A DNA stretch of 64,000 bases, from NCBI GenBank assembly GCA_963555825.3, contig CAUVXB020000001.1, positions 192,001 through 256,000 on the forward strand, read 5' to 3'. Each line of letters starts with the position of its first letter. The stretch's first letter is position 1. The translations under genes were made by a program, and so were the position numbers. The stretch comes from Alphaproteobacteria bacterium. GTDB taxonomy: Bacteria > Pseudomonadota > Alphaproteobacteria > JAAXGF01. Positions 9,681-19,685 of this stretch are shown piece after piece. The notes under the pieces were generated by a model that was given only the letters and a program-made list of their open reading frames with translations, made no database searches and was not told the DNA's origin.

Positions 9681-10868
9681 ATGCCGAGACGCCAGGAACG
9701 GGTTATCACCAAACGCACCGTCGACGCGTTGTCGGTCGAGCATCGCGACGCCGTGTTCTGGGACCGGGACCTCCCCGGCTTCGGCATCAGGGTCTATCCC
9801 TCGGGCCTGAAGAAATACGTCGTCCAGTCGCGCGGCCCCGGCGGGTCGAAGAGGGCGACGCTTGGACGGCACGGGAAACTCACCGCCGACGAGGCGCGGC
9901 GCCGGGCGGCGGAGGCCATCGACCGCATCAAGCGGGGCGAGGATCCGATTCCCCCTCCGCCGGAGCCCGAGCCGACGATGGCCGTTCTCGCCGAGCGCTA
10001 CATGCGCGACTACGTGCCCTCGCACTGCAGGGCGTCGAGCGCGGAGGTCTACCGGCGGGCGCTCGACAACCACATCCTGCCGGCGTTGGGTGAGATGCGT
10101 GTTGGCGCGGTCGGGCGCGAGCAGGTGGCGGAACTGCATTACGCGATGCGCGGCGCGCCCCATGCGGCGAACGGGGTGCTGAAGATCGTGGCCAAGATGC
10201 TGTCGCTGGCCGTCGAATGGGGCCTGCGGGAGCACGGGCCGAACCCGTGCCGGGCGGTGCGCAAGTACCGGACGCACCCGCGCGAGCGGTTCCTGACCGG
10301 CGAGGAGTACCGCCGGCTCGGCCGGGCGATCGACGAGCTGGAGGCGAAGGGGAAGGTGTCGCTCCATGCGGCGGCAGCGATCCGGCTGCTGGTGCTGACC
10401 GGGTGCCGGCGCAACGAGGTGCTGGAGCTCAGGTGGGACGACATCGACCGGACGGTGGGGGAGCTGCGGCTGCGCGACGGCAAGACCGGTGCGCGCATGG
10501 TGCCGCTGACACCCGCCGTGGCCGGTGTGCTGGCGGAAATTCCCCGGGTTCCGGACAACCCGTGGGTGATCGCCGGGCAGAAGCCGGGCGCGCGCATGAC
10601 CAACGTCAACGATCCGTGGCTGGTCGTGCGTGCCCGGGCCGGGCTCGAAGATGTACGTATCCATGACCTGCGGCATTCCTGGGCGAGCCGTGCGCTGGCG
10701 CTCGGCGAGAGCCTGAGCATGATCGGGAAGCTGCTGGGCCACAACAGGATCGAGACCACCGCGCGCTACGCGCATCTCGCGCGCGACACCGAGAAGGCCT
10801 CGGCGGCCAAGATCGGCGGCAGCATCGGCGCCGACATCCTGCCGGCGGACGGCGCGGAGGCGGCGTAA
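9681..10868 (+). CDS. P4-like tyrosine integrase with arm-binding (DUF4102-like) domain, copy A
   Basis: WDRDLPGFG; catalytic LTGCR, KTG, HDLRH, LGH and RYAH. Confidence 0.92.
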   Translation: MPRRQERVITKRTVDALSVEHRDAVFWDRDLPGFGIRVYPSGLKKYVVQSRGPGGSKRATLGRHGKLTADEARRRAAEAIDRIKRGEDPIPPPPEPEPTMAVLAERYMRDYVPSHCRASSAEVYRRALDNHILPALGEMRVGAVGREQVAELHYAMRGAPHAANGVLKIVAKMLSLAVEWGLREHGPNPCRAVRKYRTHPRERFLTGEEYRRLGRAIDELEAKGKVSLHAAAAIRLLVLTGCRRNEVLELRWDDIDRTVGELRLRDGKTGARMVPLTPAVAGVLAEIPRVPDNPWVIAGQKPGARMTNVNDPWLVVRARAGLEDVRIHDLRHSWASRALALGESLSMIGKLLGHNRIETTARYAHLARDTEKASAAKIGGSIGADILPADGAEAA

Positions 10869-12097
10869 TGGCCAAGCTGAACCGGCGTTCGATCTCCCGG
10901 CGCACCGTCGAGGCGCTCAAGGTCGAGAAGGACACGGTGTTCTGGGATCGGGACTTGCCGGGGTTCGGCATCAGGGTCTACGCCTCGGGCACGAAGATGT
11001 ACGTGGTGCAAAGCAGGACGAAAGGAAAGTCGGTGCGGGTGACGGTGGGCCGGCACGGGGTGATCTCCGCCGACGAGGCGCGGCGCCGGGCGGCGCGGAT
11101 CGTCAACCGGATCAAGGCGGGCGAGGACCCGATACCGGAACCGCTGCCGGCCCGGCTCGCGGGCGGGCCGACGGTGGCCGGCTTGGCGGCGCGCTACATG
11201 GAGAAGCATGTCGCGGTGCGCTGCAAGCAGTCCACGGCGGAAGGCATCCGGGGGCTGCTCGGCAAGTACATCTTGCCGGAGTTCGGCAAACTCCCGCTGC
11301 TCGCGGTGGAGCGCGAGCGGGTGGCGGCGTTCCACGTCCGGTTGAACGGGGTTCCCTACGCGGCGAACCGGGCGGTGGCGCTGATGTCGCGCATGTATGC
11401 GATGGCCGCGGACTGGGAGATGGTCCCCGACGGCACCAACCCTTGCCGGTCGGTGCGCAAGTACCCGGCGCGCGGGCGCGAGCGGTTCCTGACCGACACC
11501 GAGTTCCGCCGCCTCGGCGAGGTTCTCGGCGAGGCCCCCACCGAGGGCGGGGTGTCGGTCCATGCCGTGGCGGCGATCCGGCTGCTGATGCTGACCGGCT
11601 GCCGCAAGAGCGAGATCCTGTCCCTGCAATGGACTGACATCGACCTCGAGGCCGGCGAATTGAGGCTCCGCGAAAGCAAGACGGGCCCGCGCGCGGTGCC
11701 GCTGTCGCCGCCGGCGGCGAAGGTGCTGGCGGAACTGCCCCGGGTTCCGGGCAACCCCTGGGTAATCCCCGGCCAGAAGCCGGACACGCACATGACCAAC
11801 CTGGACGACCCGTGGCGGATCGTGCGGGAGCGCGCGGGGGTCGAGAACGTCAGGATTCACGACTGCCGGCATTCCTTCGCGTCGAGGGCGCTGGCGCTGG
11901 GCGAGAGCCTGCCCGTGATCGCCAAGCTGCTCGGGCACAGCCAGATCCGGACCACCGCCCGGTATGCGCATCTGGCGCGGGATTCGGTCAGGGCCGCGGC
12001 GGCGCGGGTCGCCGCCAGCATCTCGGAGGATTTCCTGAAGGTCGGTTCGGCAACAGCGAAGCTGCCAGGGCGACAGGGTACGGACAGTCCAGGGTGA
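10868..12097 (+). CDS. P4-like tyrosine integrase, copy B (paralog coupled via TAATG)
   Basis: Same motifs (LTGCRK, KTG, HDCRH, LGH, RYAH). Confidence 0.92.
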   Translation: MAKLNRRSISRRTVEALKVEKDTVFWDRDLPGFGIRVYASGTKMYVVQSRTKGKSVRVTVGRHGVISADEARRRAARIVNRIKAGEDPIPEPLPARLAGGPTVAGLAARYMEKHVAVRCKQSTAEGIRGLLGKYILPEFGKLPLLAVERERVAAFHVRLNGVPYAANRAVALMSRMYAMAADWEMVPDGTNPCRSVRKYPARGRERFLTDTEFRRLGEVLGEAPTEGGVSVHAVAAIRLLMLTGCRKSEILSLQWTDIDLEAGELRLRESKTGPRAVPLSPPAAKVLAELPRVPGNPWVIPGQKPDTHMTNLDDPWRIVRERAGVENVRIHDCRHSFASRALALGESLPVIAKLLGHSQIRTTARYAHLARDSVRAAAARVAASISEDFLKVGSATAKLPGRQGTDSPG

Positions 12098-12265
12098 CGA
12101 GCTATCGCGGAACTGCCGGAACGGCAAAGCGACGGCAAGCCAGTTCATTGTCGCCGAGAGCACGCCGGGTGACATTGTCAGACGCCGGAATGCCGGGAAA
12201 CATCGACTTTAGCGAATTTGTCCGATGGCCGGTGGCCGAATGGCCGGTTACCGGGAAAGCAAGTC

Positions 12266-12601
12266 GTGAGCGAATACCGGTACTATGAGGTCCAGGCGAT
12301 AGACCGCCCGCTTGGCGAGGCGGACATGGAGGCGCTGCGGATATTGTCGACGCGGGCGCGAATCACGGCCACGAGCTTCACCAATCACTACAAATGGGGC
12401 GACTTCCAGGGCGCCCCGAATCGGCTCATCGGCCGCTCCCGGCTCGACCCCTTCCGGCGCGGCTGCGACCTCGCGGAAGTCGTCGAATTGGGCGAGTCCC
12501 TGATCCTCGACTGTTATTCGGCGCGGAAATTTGACCCCCAAGAATCAAGGAATCTCAACAGGTTGGCGCGCCGATCAGCTTCGACCCTGCGTGCCGAATA
12601 A
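12266..12601 (+). pseudogene. N-terminal remnant of a conserved hypothetical protein (MSEYxYYEF...DRPL family)
   Basis: VSEYRYYEVQAIDRPL...STRARITATSFTNHYKWGDF; similarity appears to end near 12425. Confidence 0.55.
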
Positions 12602-12605
12602 CAGA

Positions 12606-14843
12606 TCAGTGGCCGGAAGAGAGAGCAAGCCTGCTACCTTCATCACCGATATCCGCTTCGCCGAGCCATTCATCCAGTTTCGACCAGCGGCGGCGCCCCG
12701 AAACGTTGCGCACGGCGATGGCCACGGCCTTTTTTTGTCCGACCAGCACGACCAGCCGCTTGCCGCGCGTCACACCGGTGTAGAGCAGGTTCCGCTGGAG
12801 CATCGCGTAGTGCTGCGTCAGGACGGGGATGACGACGGCGGGATACTCCGAGCCCTGGCTCTTGTGAATCGTCGCGGCGTATGCCGGAACCAGGGTGTCG
12901 AGCTCGCCGAAACCATAGGTGAGCACGCGCCCGTCGAAACGCGCGGTCAGCTCGTCTTCATCGGGATCGACATCGTCGACATAGCCGATGTCGCCGTTAT
13001 AGACCTCCTTGTCGTAGTCGTTTTCTATCTGCATCACCTTGTCGCCGGGCGCGAAGGTCCAGCCGAAGCGCTCGACCTTGCGCTCGCCGGCGGGATTGAG
13101 GGCGGCTTGCAACTCGATGTTGAGCGAGCGGGCGCCGACGCCGCCGCGGTTCATCGGGCACAGCACCTGGATGTCGCGCACCGGGTCGAGCCCGAAGCGC
13201 TTCGGGATGCGCGTCTTCACCAACTCGATGATCATGGGGACCGCGGTTTCCGGATCGTCCGCCCGCACGAAGTAGAAGTCGCTGTCGCCCTCGGGCTTGG
13301 AAAGATTGGGAATGGCGCCCCGGTTGATCCCGTGCGCGCTGGTGACGATCCGGCTTCGCGCCGCCTGACGGAATACCTCGGTCAGCCGCACGACGGGGAC
13401 CGCACCGGAGGCAATGATATCGGCCAGCACCTGGCCCGGACCGACCGACGGTAGTTGGTCGATGTCGCCGACGATCAACAGAGCGGCTTCGTCGGGGACC
13501 GCCGTCAGCAACGCCCGCATCAGCATGACATCCACCATCGAGGTCTCGTCGACGACCAGAAGTCCGCAGTCGAGCGGATTGTCGGCGTTGCGTTTGAACC
13601 CTCCGCCCCTGGGATCGACCTCAAGCAGCCGGTGGATCGTCATGGCCTCGAACCCGGTGGCCTCCGTCATCCGTTTGGCTGCGCGGCCGGTCGGCGCGCA
13701 AAGCAGCAGGGTCACGCCCTTGGCGTCCAGGATGCGCAGGATGGCGTTGACGATGGTCGTCTTGCCCACGCCCGGACCGCCGGTGATGACCATGGCCTTG
13801 GAGTTCAGGGCCCGGCGAACCGCATCGGCCTGGCTTTCCGCAAGCGACAGGCCGGTCTTGCCCTCGACCCAGGGCAACGCCTTGCCGGCATCGATGTTCG
13901 GCCAGGGCAGCCTGCCGCCCGCGATCTTCAGAAACCGTTCGCCGATCGCCCGTTCGGCCCGGTACAGGCCACCAAGAAAAATACAGGGGGTTCCGGCAAC
14001 CGTGTCCGCAACGACCGTTCCCTCGGCCAGTTCGAAGTCCAGAGCGGTTTGAACCAACTCCTTCGGGACTTCCAGCAATTCGACGGCGAGCGGCGCAAGC
14101 TCTGCGGCGGGAAGGCCGCAATGGCCGTCGTCCATCGCCTCGGTCAGCGCATGGGAAATCCCCGCGCGAACCCGGATCATGGCCGTCTTTTCGATGCCGA
14201 GTTTCATGGCGATCGCGTCCGCGGTCTTGAACCCGATGCCGCGAATGTCGCGGGCAAGGCGGTACGGGTTCTCGGTCATGACCTGAACGGCATCCACGCC
14301 GTAGGTCTTGTAGATCCGCACCGCGCGCGCCGTGCCGACGCCATGGCTGTGCAGGAACACCATGATCTCCCGGATGACCTTCTGCTCGGCCCAGGCGTCG
14401 GTGATGCGTTTGGCGCGAACCCGGCCGATGCCGGTCACCTCGCGCAGCCGTTCCGGCTCCGCCTCGATGATGTCGAACACCTTCTCACCGAACGCCCTGA
14501 CCATCTTCCCGGCATAGACCGGCCCGATGCCGCGGATCATGCCGGAGCCGAGGTATTTCTCGATGCCCTCGATCGACGAGGGCTCCGAGGTGCGCATGAA
14601 GCGCGCCTTGAACTGCTGACCATGGGTGCGGTCGTTGATCCATTCCCCCGATGCGGTTATCCACTCCCCGGCCGAGACCATGGCGGCGTGGCCGACGACC
14701 GTCACGAGATCGCGATGGCCGCGTGCCTTGATGCGCAGAACGCAAAACCCGTTATCGGCATTGTGGAACGTCACTCGCTCGACGAGGCCAGCCAGAACCT
14801 CCCGGTTCGGCGCTTCCGGTTGCCGCACAGCCGTCCCGCTCAC
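12606..14843 (-). CDS. recD2: ATP-dependent RecD-like (RecD2) SF1B DNA helicase
   Basis: HhH motifs (GIGP, GIGFKTAD), GGPGVGKTT, DETSM, GDIDQL and TIHKSQGSE. Confidence 0.93.
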   Translation of the reverse strand: MSGTAVRQPEAPNREVLAGLVERVTFHNADNGFCVLRIKARGHRDLVTVVGHAAMVSAGEWITASGEWINDRTHGQQFKARFMRTSEPSSIEGIEKYLGSGMIRGIGPVYAGKMVRAFGEKVFDIIEAEPERLREVTGIGRVRAKRITDAWAEQKVIREIMVFLHSHGVGTARAVRIYKTYGVDAVQVMTENPYRLARDIRGIGFKTADAIAMKLGIEKTAMIRVRAGISHALTEAMDDGHCGLPAAELAPLAVELLEVPKELVQTALDFELAEGTVVADTVAGTPCIFLGGLYRAERAIGERFLKIAGGRLPWPNIDAGKALPWVEGKTGLSLAESQADAVRRALNSKAMVITGGPGVGKTTIVNAILRILDAKGVTLLLCAPTGRAAKRMTEATGFEAMTIHRLLEVDPRGGGFKRNADNPLDCGLLVVDETSMVDVMLMRALLTAVPDEAALLIVGDIDQLPSVGPGQVLADIIASGAVPVVRLTEVFRQAARSRIVTSAHGINRGAIPNLSKPEGDSDFYFVRADDPETAVPMIIELVKTRIPKRFGLDPVRDIQVLCPMNRGGVGARSLNIELQAALNPAGERKVERFGWTFAPGDKVMQIENDYDKEVYNGDIGYVDDVDPDEDELTARFDGRVLTYGFGELDTLVPAYAATIHKSQGSEYPAVVIPVLTQHYAMLQRNLLYTGVTRGKRLVVLVGQKKAVAIAVRNVSGRRRWSKLDEWLGEADIGDEGSRLALSSGH

Positions 14844-15217
14844 GACGTGCCGAGCGTATTGGCGGTCAACAACTCCTTGATCGGATCGAATTGCCGCGTC
14901 CGCTCCAAGGCCGCCGCCGGGTTTTCGAAGGGTGCCTCGTCGTCTTCCATGGCGGCCAGGTCGTTTTCGCGGCGCTCACGCTCTATGCGCGCGAGGTGCA
15001 CCACTAGCTCTTGCGCCGTAAACATCTGCCTCACCCGCGAAACGAACCAGGGTAGTTCGCGGGCGAATTCGGGATGTTGGGCGGCGGCCTCGGCGAAGTT
15101 CAGAAGCTTCTCGGCAACCGCATAGTCAAAGGCCGCCTTGAGACCGTACCGCAGCTTGATAGTCTCAGCGGCAACGCACTGTTCCACCCAGATCTGGTGC
15201 AAATTTCCGTTCGTCAT
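14840..15217 (-). CDS. Hypothetical protein coupled to recD2
   Basis: ~125-aa ORF; its stop overlaps the recD2 start (GTGA). Confidence 0.6.
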   Translation of the reverse strand: MTNGNLHQIWVEQCVAAETIKLRYGLKAAFDYAVAEKLLNFAEAAAQHPEFARELPWFVSRVRQMFTAQELVVHLARIERERRENDLAAMEDDEAPFENPAAALERTRQFDPIKELLTANTLGTS

Positions 15218-15517
15218 CCGAGGCCCCCGCATTGTTTCACATTTCTTGCCGCACCTCTCCGGAAGGGCTCACAATTCCGATGCCGCCATCATGAGTCCTG
15301 ACGGCACTTCCCTTAGCTGTCAACGGCGGAGCAAAATTAGTCCACCCGGGCGGAGCAAAACTAGTCCACTTAACGTTATGCGGTACGCGGTGTTGGGGGG
15401 TTGTCCCGGTAGTCCATAGGAGGGACCCGCGCTGCTTCGTGTAGCGCTTGCGTTACGCGGAGCGAAGCAGCGTGGGAGGTTCCTGTGGACCCACCGGGTC
15501 AACCATTGCACCGGCGG

Positions 15518-16288
15518 TTAAGCAGGTATTTTTGGGGATTTCCGCCGTTTTTGGCTTTGGTTGCGACGATAGCTCTCGCCGTTCATTTCCAGGATATGGA
15601 CATGGTGGGTGAGGCGGTCCAGCAAAGCCCCGGTCAGGCGTTCCGAGCCGAATATCTCCGTCCACTCATCGAACGGCAAGTTGGAGGTCACCAGGATCGA
15701 GCCCCGCTCGTAGCGCTGGCTGAAGACTTCGAACAGCAGCTCGGCGCCGGTCTTCGAGAGCGGCACGAAGCCGAGTTCGTCGATGATCAGAAGGTGATAC
15801 TTTGCCAGTTGCTTCTGCAGGCGCAACAGGCGTTTTTCATCCCTGGCCTCCATCAGTTCATGAACCAGGGCAGCGGCCGTGAGGAAGCCGACGGAGAGCC
15901 CCTTTTGGCAGGCCGCCAGACCGAGACCGAGGGCGATATGGGTCTTGCCGGTTCCGCTGTTGCCGAGCGCGATGATATTCTCACGACGCTCGACGTATTC
16001 GCATCGCGCCAACTCCAGAACCAGCATCTTGTTGAGCGATGCGATGGCCTTGAAGTCGAAGCTGTCGAGGCTTTTGACGGCGGGGAACCTGGCCTGTCTG
16101 ATCCGCCGCTCGACCATGCGGCGCTCACGGTCGATCAGTTCCAACTCGGTCAGACGGACAAGATACCGCACATGGTCGGCGCCCTCGGTGGCGCATTGGC
16201 GGGCCAGCTTGTCGTATTCGCGCAGGAACGTCGGCAGTTTCAGGGTCTTGAGGTGATGGGCCAGCAACACTTGCGGCGTATCGGTCAT
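15518..16288 (-). CDS. istB: IS21 helper ATPase IstB
   Basis: GNSGTGKTH, IIDELG and LLDRLTHH motifs. Confidence 0.93.
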   Translation of the reverse strand: MTDTPQVLLAHHLKTLKLPTFLREYDKLARQCATEGADHVRYLVRLTELELIDRERRMVERRIRQARFPAVKSLDSFDFKAIASLNKMLVLELARCEYVERRENIIALGNSGTGKTHIALGLGLAACQKGLSVGFLTAAALVHELMEARDEKRLLRLQKQLAKYHLLIIDELGFVPLSKTGAELLFEVFSQRYERGSILVTSNLPFDEWTEIFGSERLTGALLDRLTHHVHILEMNGESYRRNQSQKRRKSPKIPA

Positions 16289-16890
16289 GACGCGCCTCCA
16301 CCCAACAAGCTCATATAACTGGCGGCGGCCGTGGTCGCCACGTTGGCCCGAGGCAGGTAGGGATAGATATCCAGGTCGAGTTTGGGCGGGCGTCGCTCGA
16401 TACGGCACAGCACAAGGTGTTTGACGGCGTCGTAGCCGATCGCACCCAGGCGCAGGGCGTCCTTCACCGCGCCGTGAAGCACCTCGAGATCGAAGGTCTC
16501 CAGAAGCCGAAGGACCTGGACGTATTCCCGCTTGCCGGCCTTGCCCATGCGCGCCTCCAGGAGACGGCGCAGGGTTGGGAAGGCATCAGGCAGTTCCCAT
16601 CCGGCTAGCGGCGCGGCCTGATCCAGGGCACCGATCTTGTGCTCCAGCAAAGGCAGGTAGTGGATCGGATCGAAGACCATATCTTCCCGGTCGTAGGAAC
16701 GGGGGTGTCGGGCAATGATCCCGGCGCCGCAACCGATAACCACCTCGTGGACATAGCCACGGATCCAGACTTCCTGATGGCCGTAGGCGACGGGCACGGA
16801 ATAGTCATTCGTCCGGTAGCGCACCAGGGACAGCGAGTTGACCCGCGTGCCCTGCTTGTCGCACGCGTCGAACGGTGCCGGCAGTGGCCT
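16285..16890 (-). pseudogene. istA: IstA transposase C-terminal fragment
   Basis: LVRYRTNDYSVP motif; closely similar to the intact IstA at 55203-56702. Confidence 0.88.
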
Positions 16891-16894
16891 CTTC

Positions 16895-17089
16895 TGATCT
16901 TGCCCGGTTTCAGTGGACGGTTCAGAAAGATCCGGTTGACCGCTTCTCGAAGTCATCCGGACTGATGTTGCCAAGGTAACCATGGCGCCGTTTTCGGTTA
17001 TAGAACACCTCGATGTAGTCGAACAGATCGGCACGCGCCTCGTCTCGCGTACGATAGCGCACACGGTTCACTCGCTCTCGCTTGAGTAA
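16895..17089 (-). mobile_element. IS3-family right-end fragment
   Basis: TGATCTTGCCCGG end; minus strand reads LKRERV...FDYIEVFYNRKRRHGYLGNISP. Confidence 0.8.
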
Positions 17090-18464
17090 GAGCTATTGTC
17101 AAAAGTTGTGTATGGGCTGATCATGCGGCGGCGCGATCCTGGCGTTCTCCATCTACGAATTTGACGCCGCGAATGATCTCGGCGAGATGGTTCGATCCAT
17201 CGAGTTTTCTCCATTTTCTCTGAGCGCACTGGCATAGTTTGAAGACCATGGCCATCGCCGTCTTGCGCGACAGGCAGCCCTTGGTCCGGTAGGTGCGCAG
17301 ACGAACCGTGGCGAACGTGCTCTCGATGGGGTTGGTCGTGCGTACATGCTTCCAGTGCTCGGCGGGGAAGTCGTAGAACGTCAGCAGGACGTCGCGGTCC
17401 TTGGCCAGGCAGGCCGCGGCCTTGTCGTACTTCGGCCCGTAGGCTTCCAGGAAGAAGTCGAAGGCGCTCTCGGCATCCTTCCTGGTTTCGGCCATCCAGA
17501 TGTCTTGCAGGCGCCCCTTGGCTTTCTTTTGCAGACCCTTGGGCAGCTTGTTCAAGACGTTGCCCGTCTTGTGAACCCAGCAGCGTTGCTCGCGGGCGCC
17601 TGGGTAGACTTGGCGGAGCGCCTTCCAGAAGCCGAGCGCGCCGTCGCCGAGCGCCAGTTGCGGACCCATTTCAAGGCCGCGCCGCTTGAGATCGAGCAGA
17701 ACTTCGAGCCAGGACTGCTCACTTTCGCGATAGCCGTCGGCGATGGCGATCAGTTCCTTCTGTCCCTTGTCCGTGGCCCCGACGATCACCAGGATGCACT
17801 GCTTCTCTTCCTCCATGCGGGCGCTGAAATAGATGCCGTCCACCCAGAAATAGACGTAGCGCTTGGCCGTGAGGTCGCGCCGTTGCCAGCGCTCCGCCTC
17901 AACCCCCCAGACCTCTTTCAGCCGGGTGATCGTGGAGGCCGAAAGCCCCGGCGCGGAGCTCCCCAGGAGCGCCGCCAAGGCTTCCCCGAAGTCGCCGGTG
18001 GAAATGCCCTTCAGATACAGCCATGGCAAAAGGTCTTCCAGGCTCTTGGCGCGGCGCAGATAGCGCGGCAGGATCGCCGACGTGAAGCGGATGGCGCCGT
18101 CCCCCCGGTCCCGCACACGGGGTTGGCGCACGCTCACCGGGCCGATCCCGGTCTGGATGAAGCGTTCCGGCAGATATCCATTGCGGACAACCCGGCGGCG
18201 GCCGGCGGCGTCAACAAGCGCCGCATGGCTACCCAAAAACACGGAGACCTCGGCCTCAACGGCTTGGGCCAACAACTCGCGAGCTCCAGCTTGTAGGACT
18301 TCCGTCAACGGATCTTTCTGAAAATCAGATGGGTTTTGAAAAGCAACAACGGTATTCTCTTTCATGGCGTATCCTTCCTTGGCTTAGCTCAAGTGGTGAC
18401 ATCAACAATCACCAGGATACGCCGCCTTCATTTCAACGCCGTACACAAGATTCGGTTATAGCTC
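17090..18464 (-). mobile_element. IS256-family element, copy 2 (intact, flanks do not form a TSD)
   Basis: Identical to copy 1 without the nested element. Confidence 0.95.
17121..18365 (-). CDS. IS256 transposase
   Basis: Identical protein to 4434-5678. Confidence 0.95.
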   Translation of the reverse strand: MKENTVVAFQNPSDFQKDPLTEVLQAGARELLAQAVEAEVSVFLGSHAALVDAAGRRRVVRNGYLPERFIQTGIGPVSVRQPRVRDRGDGAIRFTSAILPRYLRRAKSLEDLLPWLYLKGISTGDFGEALAALLGSSAPGLSASTITRLKEVWGVEAERWQRRDLTAKRYVYFWVDGIYFSARMEEEKQCILVIVGATDKGQKELIAIADGYRESEQSWLEVLLDLKRRGLEMGPQLALGDGALGFWKALRQVYPGAREQRCWVHKTGNVLNKLPKGLQKKAKGRLQDIWMAETRKDAESAFDFFLEAYGPKYDKAAACLAKDRDVLLTFYDFPAEHWKHVRTTNPIESTFATVRLRTYRTKGCLSRKTAMAMVFKLCQCAQRKWRKLDGSNHLAEIIRGVKFVDGERQDRAAA

Positions 18465-18750
18465 GGCGGCGTATCCTGGCGATGATCGTACCGCCAATTT
18501 TACGAAGGCCGGATACGCCATGAGAGAGAGGATACAGTTGTGTGGATCCGCCAACCGCGGACATATTCAGAGGATCCGCTGACGGAGATTATACGCATGG
18601 GCGCGCGGCGCCTTCTGGCACAAGCGGTTGAGATGGAAGTCGCGGCGTTTGTCGAGGGGCAAGCCGACCGGACGGATGAGAGGTGTCGCCGTCGGATCGC
18701 AGGTCACGGGTATTTGCCAGAGCGCGAGATTCAGACCGGCATTGACCAGG
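18465..18750 (+). pseudogene. 5' remnant of a diverged IS256 relative
   Basis: DPLTEIIRMGARRLLAQAVE...HGYLPEREIQTGI; same leader hairpin as the intact IS256. Confidence 0.8.
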
Positions 18751-18943
18751 TTGTCGTTCTTCCTCGGTCTGCGACATCTCGAGCCTGACGGATTCCGGAG
18801 AGCGACACTAGCTCGAAAGTTCAACTTCGAGCGGGACATTCCCAACCCACTTGCCGCGCCCATCGGGATTGCATACTCTTTATTGGAACTGTGGTCGGTC
18901 GTGCGACGACGGAACTCGAGTGAATATCTATCCGAGGAGTTAC

Positions 18944-19519
18944 ATGAAAGTCTGCTGGCGATCGACGATCATGATGGTGTCGCTGTTGCCCCTTGCATGC
19001 AGCGGCGCGGTTACCACGCAGTTCGTCCAATACGACGATTCGGGCGTTCCTGAGCTGTTCAGATACGGGGCCGTGGATCGTGATTTTCGCACCGTGATCC
19101 ACGGAAATCCGAGCGCCGGGACCACGGAAGCTTTCGAGACGGCCGTAATTGATGCAATGCAGGGTCACACATGGGGGCGAAGGACGAACTTCACCACCAC
19201 ACCCTCGGCAAACGCGCGCGACGGATACCGGGTGGTAATGGTCTTCAGCGGAGAGCATCACATTGGCGGCCGTGTCGCGTGCCAAAATCCTGACTCTGGC
19301 ACCCTCGCTCTCGTAACCAGCCAAGTGCACTTGCAAGCAGCATTCTGTTTTGAGGAACGCGTGCTGTCGCAGGTGCAGGTAACCTTTGTATCCTTTAGTT
19401 CACTTCAAGATCCGGTGCTGGGTGAAGCTGTTTCGCAAGCGGTACTTCATCTCTTCCCGTTGCGCGATCCAAGCCGCCAAGCGGACCCCAGCGACCATGA
19501 TATCGTCGTTCCCCCCTGA
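18944..19519 (+). CDS. Putative lipoprotein, function unknown
   Basis: GAGGAG RBS; signal peptide with lipobox-like LPLAC; 191 aa. Confidence 0.65.
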   Translation: MKVCWRSTIMMVSLLPLACSGAVTTQFVQYDDSGVPELFRYGAVDRDFRTVIHGNPSAGTTEAFETAVIDAMQGHTWGRRTNFTTTPSANARDGYRVVMVFSGEHHIGGRVACQNPDSGTLALVTSQVHLQAAFCFEERVLSQVQVTFVSFSSLQDPVLGEAVSQAVLHLFPLRDPSRQADPSDHDIVVPP

Positions 19520-19624
19520 CATTAATCCGCTTAGGTGACATTCTGGAAGCGTGGCTCTTAGGGAGCGATGTCCCCTGCTGTTGGATTTGACGAGGTGGGT
19601 AGTAGGGCCGTCCAGGCGATATTG

Positions 19625-19652
19625 CCCCCCCCCCCCCCCCCCCCCCCCCCCC
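19625..19652. repeat. Poly-C tract (28 nt)
   Basis: Directly visible homopolymer. Confidence 0.95.
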
Positions 19653-19685
19653 GGGCAAACCCCGTGGTGATCACGGACTCAGCGG

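Larger units (their letters stand above)
15318..16894 (-). mobile_element. IS21-family element, truncated (istB, 3' part of istA, right end)
   Basis: TGTCAACGG end with a twice-repeated GGCGGAGCAAAAyTAGTCCAC motif. Confidence 0.88.

Noticed and set aside
15325-15370. Short direct repeats resembling iterons or a mini-CRISPR
   Set aside because: They are normal IS21 terminal transposase-binding repeats, also present at 54258-54303.
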